Assembly (NCBI GenBank): GCA_039024555.1
Contig: JBCCQQ010000009.1
Location: 1-64,000, forward strand
Length of the DNA: 64,000 nucleotides
DNA from: Cyanobacteria bacterium P01_D01_bin.156
Lineage (GTDB): Bacteria > Cyanobacteriota > Cyanobacteriia > Phormidesmidales > Phormidesmidaceae
Direction of reading: 5' to 3'
The notes under the pieces were generated by a model, which was not told where the DNA came from, did not search any database, and saw only the letters and a program-made list of their open reading frames with translations. Of this stretch, positions 21,095 to 31,700 are shown in pieces. The translations under genes were made by a program, and so were the position numbers. Numbering within the stretch: the stretch's first letter is position 1; each line of letters starts with the position of its first letter.

Positions 21095-21946
21095 ATGAAG
21101 AAAACAGGACGGCGCAGTAGCAATATTGAAGATCGTCGTGGCGGCAACAGTTCTCTCGTTGTTGGTGGTGGTGGTTTAGGCGCTCTAATTTTTGCGTTAA
21201 TAGTTACCCTTTTGACAGGTAACCCTGGGCCAATCTTGGAGCAAGTGGTTGCACCAACGACAGCGCCATCTTCACAGCAAAGTCCATCTTCTCCAGAGGA
21301 CGAGGCTCTAGCCGAATTTACCTCGATCGTTTTAGCTGATACGGAAGATACTTGGAAAACGATTTTTCAACAAGAAATCGGTCAAAACTACCCAGAACCT
21401 AAGTTAGTTCTTTACTCAGGGTCTACTCAGTCGGCCTGTGGTTTAGGGCAAGCTGCTATGGGACCTTTTTACTGCCCAGCTGACCAAAAGGTTTACATTG
21501 ACCTCAGTTTTTATAGCGATCTTAAGCGCCGTCATCAGGCCCCCGGCGATTTTGCCCAAGCCTATGTGATTGCCCACGAAGTGGGTCACCATGTTCAGAA
21601 TGTTTTGGGTATATCTAACCAAGTGAGACAGCTACAAAGTCGCGCTAGCAAGGTTGAAGCCAATCAACTATCTGTGCGGCTAGAGCTACAGGCTGACTGC
21701 TTTGCAGGTGTTTGGGCTAACCGCGCCGATAGAGCCCGTGACATTCTGGAAAGGGGAGATATCGAAGAGGCTTTGAATGCGGCTAGTCAAATTGGCGATG
21801 ACCGCCTGCAACAGCAGTCTCGGGGATTTGTTGTTCCTGAATCATTTACCCATGGAAGCTCTTCCCAACGAGTGCGTTGGTTTAAGCAAGGGTTACAAAC
21901 CGGTGACATTGAGCAATGCAACACGTTTGCCGGAGGGCAGGTATAA
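21095..21946 (+). CDS. Neutral zinc metallopeptidase (YpfJ-like)
   Basis: RRSSNIEDRRG, GPFYCPADQKVY, AHEVGHHVQ, ELQADCFAG, FTHGSSSQR. Confidence 0.95.
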   Translation: MKKTGRRSSNIEDRRGGNSSLVVGGGGLGALIFALIVTLLTGNPGPILEQVVAPTTAPSSQQSPSSPEDEALAEFTSIVLADTEDTWKTIFQQEIGQNYPEPKLVLYSGSTQSACGLGQAAMGPFYCPADQKVYIDLSFYSDLKRRHQAPGDFAQAYVIAHEVGHHVQNVLGISNQVRQLQSRASKVEANQLSVRLELQADCFAGVWANRADRARDILERGDIEEALNAASQIGDDRLQQQSRGFVVPESFTHGSSSQRVRWFKQGLQTGDIEQCNTFAGGQV

Positions 21947-22283
21947 ATCGGAGCCTTATTGCTTCTAAATATGAAGTGCTTTGGCAGATACCGTGACCTC
22001 AGTATGTCTGATGACTGGTTCATACACCGAGCTCTTAAGGGCAAATCCGTTAGGGGATTTACGGAACGATAATGTGAAAGAACAACCTAACTTCAGCCAT
22101 GTTTCTGTAGTTATACAGTGCTGGTTTCTCTGGTTGTGGGGTATGAATTTTTTGAGTCGATACGTATAAACCGCAGAGGATACGTCAATTTGAAGTTATG
22201 GCCAAGATGTGGCTACTACCGAGGTGAATAGAAAACCAGTGAGGCTATCAAGGGTGAAGTAGTATTTGATACACGACTCTCAG

Positions 22284-23156
22284 ATGGCTAAGCCAACTTA
22301 TCTATTCGCGATCGCAACAACAGCGGTTGTAGCAGTCACTCTGCCAATAGCACCTGCCCATGCAAAATTACAGGTACTCGACTTTGATACTGATGCTTCT
22401 GGCAATGCATTAGCCGGTGGAACTCAAGTGTCAGACCAATGGGCCGACTGGGGCCTAACCATTGTTGGAAAGAACTATCAAACCAATAAAAACAATGCTC
22501 CTTTGCTGCTGTACGATACCAGTAGCTCAGGAGCAGATAACGATTTGCGCACCGGTGCCAATTGGGGAACTACCAATCAAGGTAATGCTCTAATCATTCA
22601 GGAATATAACAATGGCAGCTATAACTTGGACACACCTGACGATGAGGCTGAAGGTGGCCATGTTTGGTTCAAATTTGACGAGGAAGTAGGTTTTAACAAG
22701 TTTTCGCTACTGGATATTGATGATAACTTTGGCAGTCGGTCTGGTACACAAGTCCATGTACTGGGTAAGAATGCGGATAATAAAAACGTCTTAAAGATCA
22801 ATGTTGACGACCTAATTAAGCGGTTTGCCAAGGAGTACAGTCACCCAGATCATTCTCTCAGTCAGGGTAAATCTTTAACCCATGCCTACCGTAATGACCT
22901 CGGTGAAATGATTAATGTCACGATTACCCAGGTAGGCAATAAGCGTGATGATAACTCCATGTATGAGTTTGAATTTGACGAAACGATCGTGGAGAAAGTC
23001 CGATTTCGATACTCTGATGTGAGTGGTGCTATCTCAGGGCTACAGTGGGATGACTTGACTGCAGAAGAACCGCCCCAATTACCTGAACCCTCAGTGGGTC
23101 TTGGTCTTGTAATGATGGGATTTGCGGGAGCTCGTAAATTCCTAAAAGCTCAATAG
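22284..23156 (+). CDS. Secreted PEP-CTERM sorting-domain protein
   Basis: Signal peptide ending PAHA; C-terminal LPEPS, transmembrane helix and basic tail (ARKFLK). Confidence 0.9.
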   Translation: MAKPTYLFAIATTAVVAVTLPIAPAHAKLQVLDFDTDASGNALAGGTQVSDQWADWGLTIVGKNYQTNKNNAPLLLYDTSSSGADNDLRTGANWGTTNQGNALIIQEYNNGSYNLDTPDDEAEGGHVWFKFDEEVGFNKFSLLDIDDNFGSRSGTQVHVLGKNADNKNVLKINVDDLIKRFAKEYSHPDHSLSQGKSLTHAYRNDLGEMINVTITQVGNKRDDNSMYEFEFDETIVEKVRFRYSDVSGAISGLQWDDLTAEEPPQLPEPSVGLGLVMMGFAGARKFLKAQ

Positions 23157-23198
23157 AGCTCGCAGAATTTGCGATTATTAGTGTGTGCAAATACTACA

Positions 23199-23236
23199 AA
23201 AAGTAGCCTGGAAGATAAGTCTTCCAGGCTACTTTT
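23199..23236. terminator. Bidirectional terminator between convergent genes
   Basis: 17-bp perfect inverted repeat AAAAGTAGCCTGGAAGA-TAAG-TCTTCCAGGCTACTTTT. Confidence 0.85.
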
Positions 23237-23328
23237 ATATTTAAACATGAGGCCTTTTGTTGAAAGCTCTGCTGATAGATTGCTGCAAACTGTTGAGCAA
23301 TACTGGCGTTAGCTGCTCCAATAGACCG

Positions 23329-24018
23329 TTAATCTACCCAGCCAATATCATCGTCAGAGAGCATACTATTCTGCTCACCGCGTTGAATAGCATATTCTGG
23401 AATGGCCTTATAACCAGTCGGGCGATTGCGTAAGCTCAGGGTATTACGGTTGGTTGCCAAGTCAGCACCATGGATAACCTTACTAGCAGGGGCTTCTTGC
23501 TTGTCTGATTTTTCCTGCTGTTGGGCAGCTGTGATTTGGCGAATGGTTTCCTTAGCGGTTTCTAATTCTTCAGTTGTTTTGGCTAGGGCCTCAGTTTTCT
23601 CATTAGTCGACTTTTGAGACGTTTTCAACTCATCCTGAAGTTCCAAAATTCGATTTTGATGAGTTTTAATATCGTTTTGTAATCCAGAGATTTTGTCTTT
23701 GGCCTGTTTAAGTGACGTCTCCAATTCTACGATTTTGCCTTCTAGTACCTCAGACTTGTTGGTAACCTCACTACTGGATTCTCCTGACGTGGATGAAACT
23801 TTGCTAGTCGTACGTTTCTTTGTACGAGTGCTGGATGAAGATGGCTTGCTGTTTTTGGAACTTGCAGAATTTGCTTTAGCTGTTTTTTGATCTGCTGTTG
23901 AACTTTCTTGAGTTGCTTCAGCTGCTTGTTGAGCTACCGCTTCTGCTGGAGTTTGATCACCTTGATTGGACTTTTCTACTTCTTCTTTCAGCAAATCAGC
24001 AATACGTTTTCTAGTCAT
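23329..24018 (-). CDS. mcdB: Coiled-coil partner of the ParA ATPase, probable carboxysome-positioning protein McdB
   Basis: Basic N-terminus, S/T/K/Q-rich disordered region, central coiled coil, Trp near the C-terminus (DIGWVD); 4-nt overlap with the upstream parA-like gene. Confidence 0.7.
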   Translation of the reverse strand: MTRKRIADLLKEEVEKSNQGDQTPAEAVAQQAAEATQESSTADQKTAKANSASSKNSKPSSSSTRTKKRTTSKVSSTSGESSSEVTNKSEVLEGKIVELETSLKQAKDKISGLQNDIKTHQNRILELQDELKTSQKSTNEKTEALAKTTEELETAKETIRQITAAQQQEKSDKQEAPASKVIHGADLATNRNTLSLRNRPTGYKAIPEYAIQRGEQNSMLSDDDIGWVD

Positions 24019-24671
24019 AATCGTTTCCAGTCCCTTAGGACTTCAGCGGCAACTCGATAATAATCAGCCTGAGCTTCCTGTGCATTTGGCCCTTTCCACT
24101 GACTAATTGCGCAACCTTCCATAGCCGCTCTTTCGTGGGCTTTGTAAGTGCGAATGTAGGTTTGAAAAGCAAAAATATCTAGCTTTTCCAGCATAGTTTG
24201 AGCTTCTTGCGCCTCCTTTAAACTACGGGAATCGACCCTTGTGAGCAATACCCGATGAAAAACCCCCGTCGGTTGAACAATTTTTTTAACAGTTCTAATC
24301 AGAGCCGTTACATCCATAGGGGCAGGTGGTGTCGGCAAAAGCAGATAATCTGCCACAGATAATACAGTGCCTATGGAGTCAGAATGTAGTGCTGGAGGTG
24401 TGTCAACGACAATTAGCTCGTAGTCAACTAAAGACTTTAGCTGTGACAGGATTTTGATGTTTGTCTCATGGGAAAAGTCAAAAGCTTGATGTATACGTTC
24501 TAGCCACCAAGTTGCGGAGCGCTGGACATCGCTATCAATTAAAAGAACTCGCCGATCCTCTGCAAAGATGGCAGCCAAATTAACAGCAGTGGTTGTTTTG
24601 CCGACTCCTCCCTTTCCATTTAATACAACCAGAACTTTGGGAGCTGACAGCTTACCTTTTTCCTTAGCCAC
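24015..24671 (-). CDS. mcdA: ParA/MinD-family ATPase, probable McdA
   Basis: Deviant Walker A KGGVGKTT, VVDTPP, SATWW; short (218 aa) with no HTH; coupled to an McdB-like ORF. Confidence 0.72.
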   Translation of the reverse strand: MAKEKGKLSAPKVLVVLNGKGGVGKTTTAVNLAAIFAEDRRVLLIDSDVQRSATWWLERIHQAFDFSHETNIKILSQLKSLVDYELIVVDTPPALHSDSIGTVLSVADYLLLPTPPAPMDVTALIRTVKKIVQPTGVFHRVLLTRVDSRSLKEAQEAQTMLEKLDIFAFQTYIRTYKAHERAAMEGCAISQWKGPNAQEAQADYYRVAAEVLRDWKRL

Positions 24672-24738
24672 AACTACAAAATTACAGCGCTAACTTTCAA
24701 AGGAATGCTAATCAAACAATCGATGATTTGAATGCCCC

Positions 24739-25365
24739 TTAAACCTCAACTTGGCGACCGTTGTAGAGATTCATTGACTGTTCAATTCCCTTCCGTAAAC
24801 TAAACTTTACTGCCTCACTTGCTAAATCGATAGCAGCATCTACTACTTTTCGCTCACCTGGCGCAAACTTTCCTAAAACGTGGCCTATTACTTTGCCGTT
24901 GGCCTCATCAGCTGCTGTCTTGGCTCGACTAATGCCCAAGCGCAGTCGAGAAAAATTCTGTGTTCCCAGGTGAGAAATAATCGACTTCATGCCATTATGT
25001 CCGCCTGCAGAGCCTGATAGACGAAGACGTAGCTTACCTACGGGCAAGTCCATATCGTCATATATCACTAGAATATCGGTCGGAGCCAGTTTGTACCAAT
25101 CTAAAACTGCTCTAACCGCTTGGCCAGAATGGTTCATGTAGGTTGTCGGCTTGATTAGTACTAAGCGTTGATCTGGACCTAATCGAACTTCTCCTATATG
25201 GCTATGAAAGCGTTTATTTGCCGAGAACTGAATTGACCAATTCTGAGCTAGTTGGTCTAAAACTTCGAACCCCACATTGTGACGTGTCCGGTCATACTTT
25301 TGCCCTGGATTACCCAATCCGACTATGAGTTTAGGGACGTATGTTGTATTGGTTGGGAGAGTCAC
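24739..25365 (-). CDS. pth: Peptidyl-tRNA hydrolase
   Basis: LIVGLGNPG, TRHNVGF, KPTTYMN, GGHNG. Confidence 0.98.
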   Translation of the reverse strand: MTLPTNTTYVPKLIVGLGNPGQKYDRTRHNVGFEVLDQLAQNWSIQFSANKRFHSHIGEVRLGPDQRLVLIKPTTYMNHSGQAVRAVLDWYKLAPTDILVIYDDMDLPVGKLRLRLSGSAGGHNGMKSIISHLGTQNFSRLRLGISRAKTAADEANGKVIGHVLGKFAPGERKVVDAAIDLASEAVKFSLRKGIEQSMNLYNGRQVEV

Positions 25366-25452
25366 AATTACTCAAGTCTATTATTAAGGTTCCGTAGCTG
25401 CATCGATTAAACTCAAGCCCTTAAACTAAGGCCCTTTAATCTGCAGGTTCGT

Positions 25453-25767
25453 TTATGCGGTTTCGTCGGTAGCTGTTTCAGTGGCAGTTGCTGTATCTGA
25501 TGCGCCTTCTGAATCGGCTGTCTCTGGCTGTAAGGCTTTGGGCTCTGGAGTTTCTAAGGTAGCTTTGATGGGCTCTGTAACTGTTTTCTCAAGACGTTCT
25601 GCTTCTTTTTTAAATTCGTCTTCAAATTCTTTAGACGCATCTTGAAATCCCTTAATCGCCTTTCCTAAACTACGCCCAATCTCGGGCAATTTTTTAGGGC
25701 CAAATACCAGTAGGGCAACCATCATGATGAGTGCCATCTCTGGCAAACCGATACCAAAAATATTCAT
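25453..25767 (-). CDS. tatA: Twin-arginine translocase TatA/E subunit
   Basis: FGIGLPEM...LVFGPKKLPEIGRSLGKAIKGF. Confidence 0.95.
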   Translation of the reverse strand: MNIFGIGLPEMALIMMVALLVFGPKKLPEIGRSLGKAIKGFQDASKEFEDEFKKEAERLEKTVTEPIKATLETPEPKALQPETADSEGASDTATATETATDETA

Positions 25768-25920
25768 ACAGGTAAATCTCCCGCTAACGTTGACTGTGGC
25801 ACAACCGATAAATTAATTTGTTTGTCTAGTCGTCAAATCAATGGCCGCAACATTCATGACAGCTTGAGTGCTCGCGCAAACTCCTGCTCCTGTCATTGAT
25901 TAACTAATTAACTACATTAC

Positions 25921-25960
25921 TAAACGGGGGGAACAGGCATACACCTATTCCCCCCGTTTA
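25921..25960 (-). terminator. Hairpin or terminator downstream of psbH
   Basis: TAAACGGGGGGAA...TTCCCCCCGTTTA inverted repeat. Confidence 0.65.
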
Positions 25961-26025
25961 AACCTATGAACTTAAGCTGTTCGGTAGCTTTGCTACTAGT
26001 GCAGCTGAATTGCGTCCAAAACTGG

Positions 26026-26229
26026 CTAGAAACTTAGGCTGCGCCAGTCAACATCTACGCCCTGAATCTGAATAGAGTTGTTATAAAGCTGCAGAATGAT
26101 GAGTAAGAAGACAAGAAAAAGTGCCATAAATACTCCCATCAGAGGAGTTGTACCCCAACCAGGAGCAACTTTACCGTATTCAGAATTCAGGGGCTTGAGC
26201 AAATTTCCCAACCGTGTTTGTTGTGCCAT
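26026..26229 (-). CDS. psbH: Photosystem II protein H
   Basis: [21 protein letters not shown] motif. Confidence 0.99.
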   Translation of the reverse strand: MAQQTRLGNLLKPLNSEYGKVAPGWGTTPLMGVFMALFLVFLLIILQLYNNSIQIQGVDVDWRSLSF

Positions 26230-26304
26230 GGGCGTATGTACCTTAAGGTCACTTTATAATCTGTAATACTATAGATTTTACATCCTCTAAGCCTTAAACG
26301 ACCT

Positions 26305-26436
26305 ATGGATTCCGCAACAGTTCTTATTATTTCGGTTGGTGCCGTTGTCATTGCGTTCACAGGACTTGCTGTATACACGGCCTTTGGTCCACCCTCTAAG
26401 CAATTGGCTGATCCGTTTGATGATCATGAAGATTAG
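26305..26436 (+). CDS. psbN: PsbN (Pbf1) photosystem biogenesis factor
   Basis: Hand translation MDSATVLIISVGAVVIAFTGLAVYTAFGPPSKQLADPFDDHED* (43 aa), divergent from psbH; not in the ORF track. Confidence 0.98.
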   Translation: MDSATVLIISVGAVVIAFTGLAVYTAFGPPSKQLADPFDDHED

Positions 26437-26702
26437 TTAACGAATTTTATTCTGCATCGCGTTTTTCTGAATTGAGATCGCGGATCTTTGTTAAAACTCA
26501 CTGTCTATCTGTCGTGTTTTTGAAGGCTGCATCAGCATTGGTGCAGTCGTTAATGCTTGAGGGTGATAGAATTAAGTGCTCTGGTGAAACGGAGCGGCAC
26601 TTTACAGTGATACTTGGACTTAAAAGTTTTAGGCTAGTGTCATTTATTCAAGTGCTGTCCATGCAAATTTTCAGATAAACAGACTGTTTCAACACATTAA
26701 TC

Positions 26703-26951
26703 ATGATCAAACTGCGACTAAAGCGTTACGGCAAAAAGCGTGAGGTGAGCTATCGAATTGTGGCTATGAATAGCCGAGATCGCCGTGATGGTCGCCCTTT
26801 GGAAGAATTGGGTTTTTACAATCCTAGGACCGATGAAACACGCCTTGAGGTGCCTGCTATTCTTAAGCGTCTAAAAGAAGGGGCGCAGCCTACTAAAACA
26901 GTGCAGAGCATTTTGCAAAAGGCTAATGTGTACGAGCAGCTGAAAGCTTAA
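26703..26951 (+). CDS. rpsP: 30S ribosomal protein S16
   Basis: [16 protein letters not shown]...[14 protein letters not shown]. Confidence 0.99.
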   Translation: MIKLRLKRYGKKREVSYRIVAMNSRDRRDGRPLEELGFYNPRTDETRLEVPAILKRLKEGAQPTKTVQSILQKANVYEQLKA

Positions 26952-27083
26952 TGGCAACAAGTTAAATGATGCCTGACGCTACTGGATGACTATTTTGCCT
27001 AGGAACTTTCTTTTTCATTTCTTTTGTTTGCAATAGTCACTTTTAGTGCCATATCTATATATGCTGCTTCTGAATAATAGAAG

Positions 27084-27470
27084 GTGACTGGTGTGCCTGA
27101 TTTTGAGGCCTTAGTTCGGTTTTTGGTCACTCCCTTTCTGGAGTCTCCTGACGCATTAAAGTTAGACTCTGAGCCCCTTGCAAATGGTCAGCGGCTCTGG
27201 ATTCGAGTTGCTTTTGATGGAGAAGACAAAGGGCGAGTGTTTGGGCGTGGTGGCCGTAACATTCAAGCAATTAGAAAAGTTGTCAGGGCTACTGGAGCTT
27301 TGCATAATTGCTCAGTTAATCTTGATGTGTATGGTGAATCCAGCCACGAGTCTGGAGAAAGTAGTGAGCGCTTTCGTCCACGGCGAGGCGGCGGTGGACG
27401 ACCACGGCGTAACAACGGTCGTTCGGGACCCAGCAGAGGCCCAAGGCGCAATCACAGTCAAGATACTTAA
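27084..27470 (+). CDS. khpA: KH-domain RNA-binding protein KhpA/YlqC with an Arg/Gly-rich tail
   Basis: DKGRVFGRGGRNIQAIR KH motif; lies downstream of rpsP. Confidence 0.9.
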   Translation: MTGVPDFEALVRFLVTPFLESPDALKLDSEPLANGQRLWIRVAFDGEDKGRVFGRGGRNIQAIRKVVRATGALHNCSVNLDVYGESSHESGESSERFRPRRGGGGRPRRNNGRSGPSRGPRRNHSQDT

Positions 27471-27719
27471 AAAGTGATTTGGTTACTCTTGACCGAAAAG
27501 TCAATTTAATCAAGGTGTAGGTTTGTTGCCTCTTTTAGTTCATTCAGCGAGCATCTTGGCTTGGCGAAGGTTGGAGATGAAGCGCATTTTGCTATATGGC
27601 GGAAACGACTTCTGTGAATAGAGATAAAATGTTTGCGGCAAAATTATCGCTCTAGGTATAGATGTCATAGACATTGATGATTGTCCCAATTATCTGTGAC
27701 GGCAGAATTAGCCTGTTTT

Positions 27720-28673
27720 ATGGAAGGTGTCTTCACATTCGAATTTCAGTCGGCTGAGCAAGCAATGGCAATGGCTGGATATCAAGAAGATGCCATTAAG
27801 CGTTTGGCCCACCAAACGGGAGCTAAGGTGGTGATGCGCGGTACGGCTTTGCTGATATCGGGGACTCCTAATCAAGTGGAGCGCGTTAAAAACCTTGTAA
27901 ATGCGTTGGAATCTATTTGGTCTCAGGGGCAAGCTGTTTCTGTAGCAGATGTGATGACAGCTGTTCATGCACTAGATACCCACCAAGAAGATACCTTGGG
28001 CCAAATGCATGGAGATGTGATTGCTCGTACCCGTCGGGGCGAGGCAATTCGGGCAAAAACATTTCGACAGCGCAAATATGTGAGTTCTCTAAGGACTGAA
28101 GATTTAATTTTTTGCACGGGGCCAGCAGGGACAGGTAAAACCTTCTTGGCTGCCATGGTTGCGGTGAAAGCTTTACTTGAGCAGCAGTACGAGCGATTAA
28201 TTTTGACCCGACCTGCCGTAGAAGCAGGGGAACGGTTGGGGTTTTTGCCAGGGGACTTACAGCAAAAAGTCGATCCCTATTTACGTCCTTTGTATGACGC
28301 ATTGCATGAACTTATTGATCCTGAACGAATCCCTAGCTTGATGGAGCGGGGTGTGATCGAGGTGGCGCCGCTGGCATACATGCGTGGCCGCACCCTCAGC
28401 AATGCCTTTGTGATTTTAGATGAAGCCCAAAACACAACCCCTGCACAAATGAAGATGGTGTTGACCCGCCTAGGATTCAAGTCCCGCATGGTGGTAACTG
28501 GGGATGTTACGCAGACAGATCTGGCGCATGGTAATCAATCTGGATTGGCGATGGCTATGAAGGTTCTTAGGGGCGTTGATGGAATTGCTTTTTCTGAGTT
28601 GACAAAGGCGGACGTTGTCCGTCATCCCCTGGTTCAGAAAATTGTGGCAGCGTATGAAAAATATGAGACATAG
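27720..28673 (+). CDS. phoH: PhoH family ATPase
   Basis: GPAGTGKT, RPAVEAGERLGFLPG, YMRGRTL, DEAQN, DVVRHPLV. Confidence 0.96.
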   Translation: MEGVFTFEFQSAEQAMAMAGYQEDAIKRLAHQTGAKVVMRGTALLISGTPNQVERVKNLVNALESIWSQGQAVSVADVMTAVHALDTHQEDTLGQMHGDVIARTRRGEAIRAKTFRQRKYVSSLRTEDLIFCTGPAGTGKTFLAAMVAVKALLEQQYERLILTRPAVEAGERLGFLPGDLQQKVDPYLRPLYDALHELIDPERIPSLMERGVIEVAPLAYMRGRTLSNAFVILDEAQNTTPAQMKMVLTRLGFKSRMVVTGDVTQTDLAHGNQSGLAMAMKVLRGVDGIAFSELTKADVVRHPLVQKIVAAYEKYET

Positions 28674-28750
28674 CAAGAGGCTTCTTGCTTGGCCAATGGT
28701 CTATATTTCTGACGATTAATTTTCGATGGTACTGAAGACAGCATTGATTT

Positions 28751-31700
28751 ATGGCAATTCTTCACGGTAGTTGGCTTCCCGATCAGCGACGGTTTTTTGT
28801 CTGGGCTGAAACCTGGCGCAGGCTGGAAAAGGCGTTACCTGCTGATGGATGTGTTGAAATTCATCCCTACTGTCTAACTGTCACCGAGTTTCAAGCATTG
28901 CCAGCGGACGGTGCTCTGAATTTAGCCCCTTTAGTTGAGCGTTTAAAGTCTAGATGGCATGAACAGGTTTTGGCATTGCCAACTGTAATGGGAGATGGGC
29001 AAATCTATCCGCAACTCGCTGGTCAAACGCAAGAAACGTCAACGAATTCAGAAATTGCCCTTTATCCATGGCGTGTGTCTGGGGTGATGCTGCCTGCGTT
29101 GGCAGCGTTGAATTTTTTGACGAGCCTCCCTCTGGGATCCGAAGCAGGGTTAGTCAGTGGTGATCTCCGCTATTGGTCGCATATGGTTCGGTGGGGATTA
29201 GATTTAATGGCCCGGGGTAAGTTTTTACCGACGGTCAGTGCCGATGGTAGTGGTGCGATCGCAGCATGGCACCTACTCCTTAACAGTGCATTAGATCAAG
29301 GAAGACTACGACAATTTGCAGAGCGTATGCCCTTAGTATGTCGCTTGTATCAGCCAATAGCCAACACAAAGCGTAAAACAGGAACCACTAAGAAGACGAC
29401 CAGAGGCACTAAGTCTAAAGCTAAGACCAAAGATAAAGGCACAGGTAGCGATACATCAGCAATAGCCTTAGCAATTAGTCTGCCAGTTCAAGCCCTGCCA
29501 CTATTGCAAGACTTTCTGGCAAATGTAGTTTCGGCTAAGGTCCGTGATCTGGCACAAGCTCAACCTCTTCCAGCAACAACCCCGTTGAGCAAAGATCTCC
29601 CTCTACGGGAATGGGTTGGTGCATTGATTCAAGATAAAAAGAAACGATTTGAATCTACACCTGCTGGCTTAGTACGGCTCAATGAAGCGCTCCATACTTG
29701 GACAGCGCCGCTCCAAAATCTGACCGCTGACACTTTAGATGCTCTCAATGTCGGCTTTAGATTGATGCCTCCATCGAATGGTCAACTCAATTGGACCTTG
29801 CATTACGGGCTGGAAGCATCGGATGACGAAAACTTTTGTTTGGATGCCCAAACGATTTGGCAGCACCCAGTTGATCAGCTAAATTTTCGTGGTCGTACTG
29901 TAGATGCTCCTCAAGAAAAGCTATTAGCGGGGCTGGGGCGTGCAGCTCGCTTGTGTGAGCCTATTAAACAAACCCTAGATACCTCGGACCCAAGCGTATG
30001 TAATCTGGATCCGATTCAAGCTTTTGAATTTATCAAGGCTACGGCTAGCCGCTTGCAAGACAATGGCTTTGGGGTCACCTTGCCAGAAAATTTAGTCGAT
30101 CCTGGTAAGGCCAGCGCTAGTCGATTAGGTCTCAGTGTCAAGGCGATGGCTCCAACGCGTAAGCAGCAGCGCTTGGGCTTACAGAGTTTACTGAACTTTG
30201 AATGGGAGCTATCGATTGGGGGGCAAAATGTTAGTCAGCAAGAATTTGAGCGATTAATTGCTCAGCAAACTCCCCTGGTAGAAGTCAATGGTCAATGGGT
30301 AGAGCTTCGTCCACAGGATGTCAAAGCCGCTCAATCCTTCTTTAGTAGCCGTAAAACTCAAAATAAGTTATCTGTTGAAGACGTATTACGTATCAGTAGT
30401 GGTGATGGTCAACTGATTGACAAGCTACCTGTGGTGGCGTTTGAAGCATCTGGGAAGCTCGACGACCTGATTACTACGCTAACCACCGGTAATCAGAGCC
30501 TTGAAGAAATAGCCGAACCTGATGGGTTTGAAGGCAAACTCAGGCCTTATCAGGCACGAGGTGTGTCATGGTTATCATTTTTAGAGCAATGGGGGTTAGG
30601 TGCTTGCTTAGCTGATGATATGGGTCTGGGCAAAACTGTCCAGCTGATTGCATTTTTACTCAATCTGAAACAGCAAGATATTTTAGATAAACCAGTATTA
30701 CTTGTGTGTCCAACGTCAGTATTGAGTAACTGGCAGCGAGAAGTAAAACGCTTTGGCCCAGCACTAAAAACCCTGATTTATCACGGTGATAAACGACCGA
30801 AGGGGGCAACGTTTGTAAAACAAGCCCAGAAAATTAACCTGATTATTACCAGCTATACCTTGGTATATCGGGATCTAAAAGAACTCAAAAAAGTTGAATG
30901 GCAGGGGCTGGTATTAGACGAAGCGCAGAATATTAAGAATTCCGATGCTAAACAAGCTAAAGCTGTGCGAGAGTTGGAAAGCGATTTTCGCATTGCCCTA
31001 ACTGGGACGCCGGTTGAAAACCGATTATCTGAGCTGTGGTCCATCATGGACTTTCTCAATCCTAATTATTTAGGACCTAAAAATTTTTTCCAACGCCGTT
31101 TTGCCACACCGATTGAACGCTATGGCGATACCGATTCTCTGCGTACCTTACGAGGACTGGTGCAGCCCTTTGTCCTAAGGCGTCTGAAAACTGACCGTAG
31201 TATTATTCAAGATTTACCTGAAAAGCAGGAAATGACTGTTTTCTGTGGGCTTTCTGCGGAACAAGCGCGTCTCTATCAAAAAGCGGTTGATTCGGCTCTT
31301 GCTGATATTGATGAGGCCGATGGTTTAAAGCGTCGAGGTATGATTCTCGGCTTACTGGTTAAACTGAAGCAAATTTGTAATCATCCAGCCCAGTATCTTA
31401 AGCAGGCATCTTTAGGAAAACAGCGGCGTTCTGCTAAGCTTCAACGTCTTAATGAAATGCTGGAAGAGATTATTTTAGAAGGCGATCGAGCGCTAATTTT
31501 TACCCAGTTTGCTGAGTGGGGGACGCTGCTCCAGACACACTTAAAGGAATATTTGGGAGAAGAGGCTTTGTTTCTGTATGGCAGTACATCTCAGCCTGCA
31601 CGTGACGCGATGGTTGATCGCTTCCAGCATGACCCCAATGGTCCTAAATTATTTATTCTTTCCCTCAAAGCGGGTGGTGTGGGGCTCAATCTGACCCGTG

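Noticed and set aside
22038..22085. GGGCAAATCCGT...ACGGAACG resembling a c-di-GMP-I riboswitch upstream of the PEP-CTERM gene
   Set aside because: Lacks the GNRA tetraloop, the ACGCAAAG segment and the second stem of the consensus
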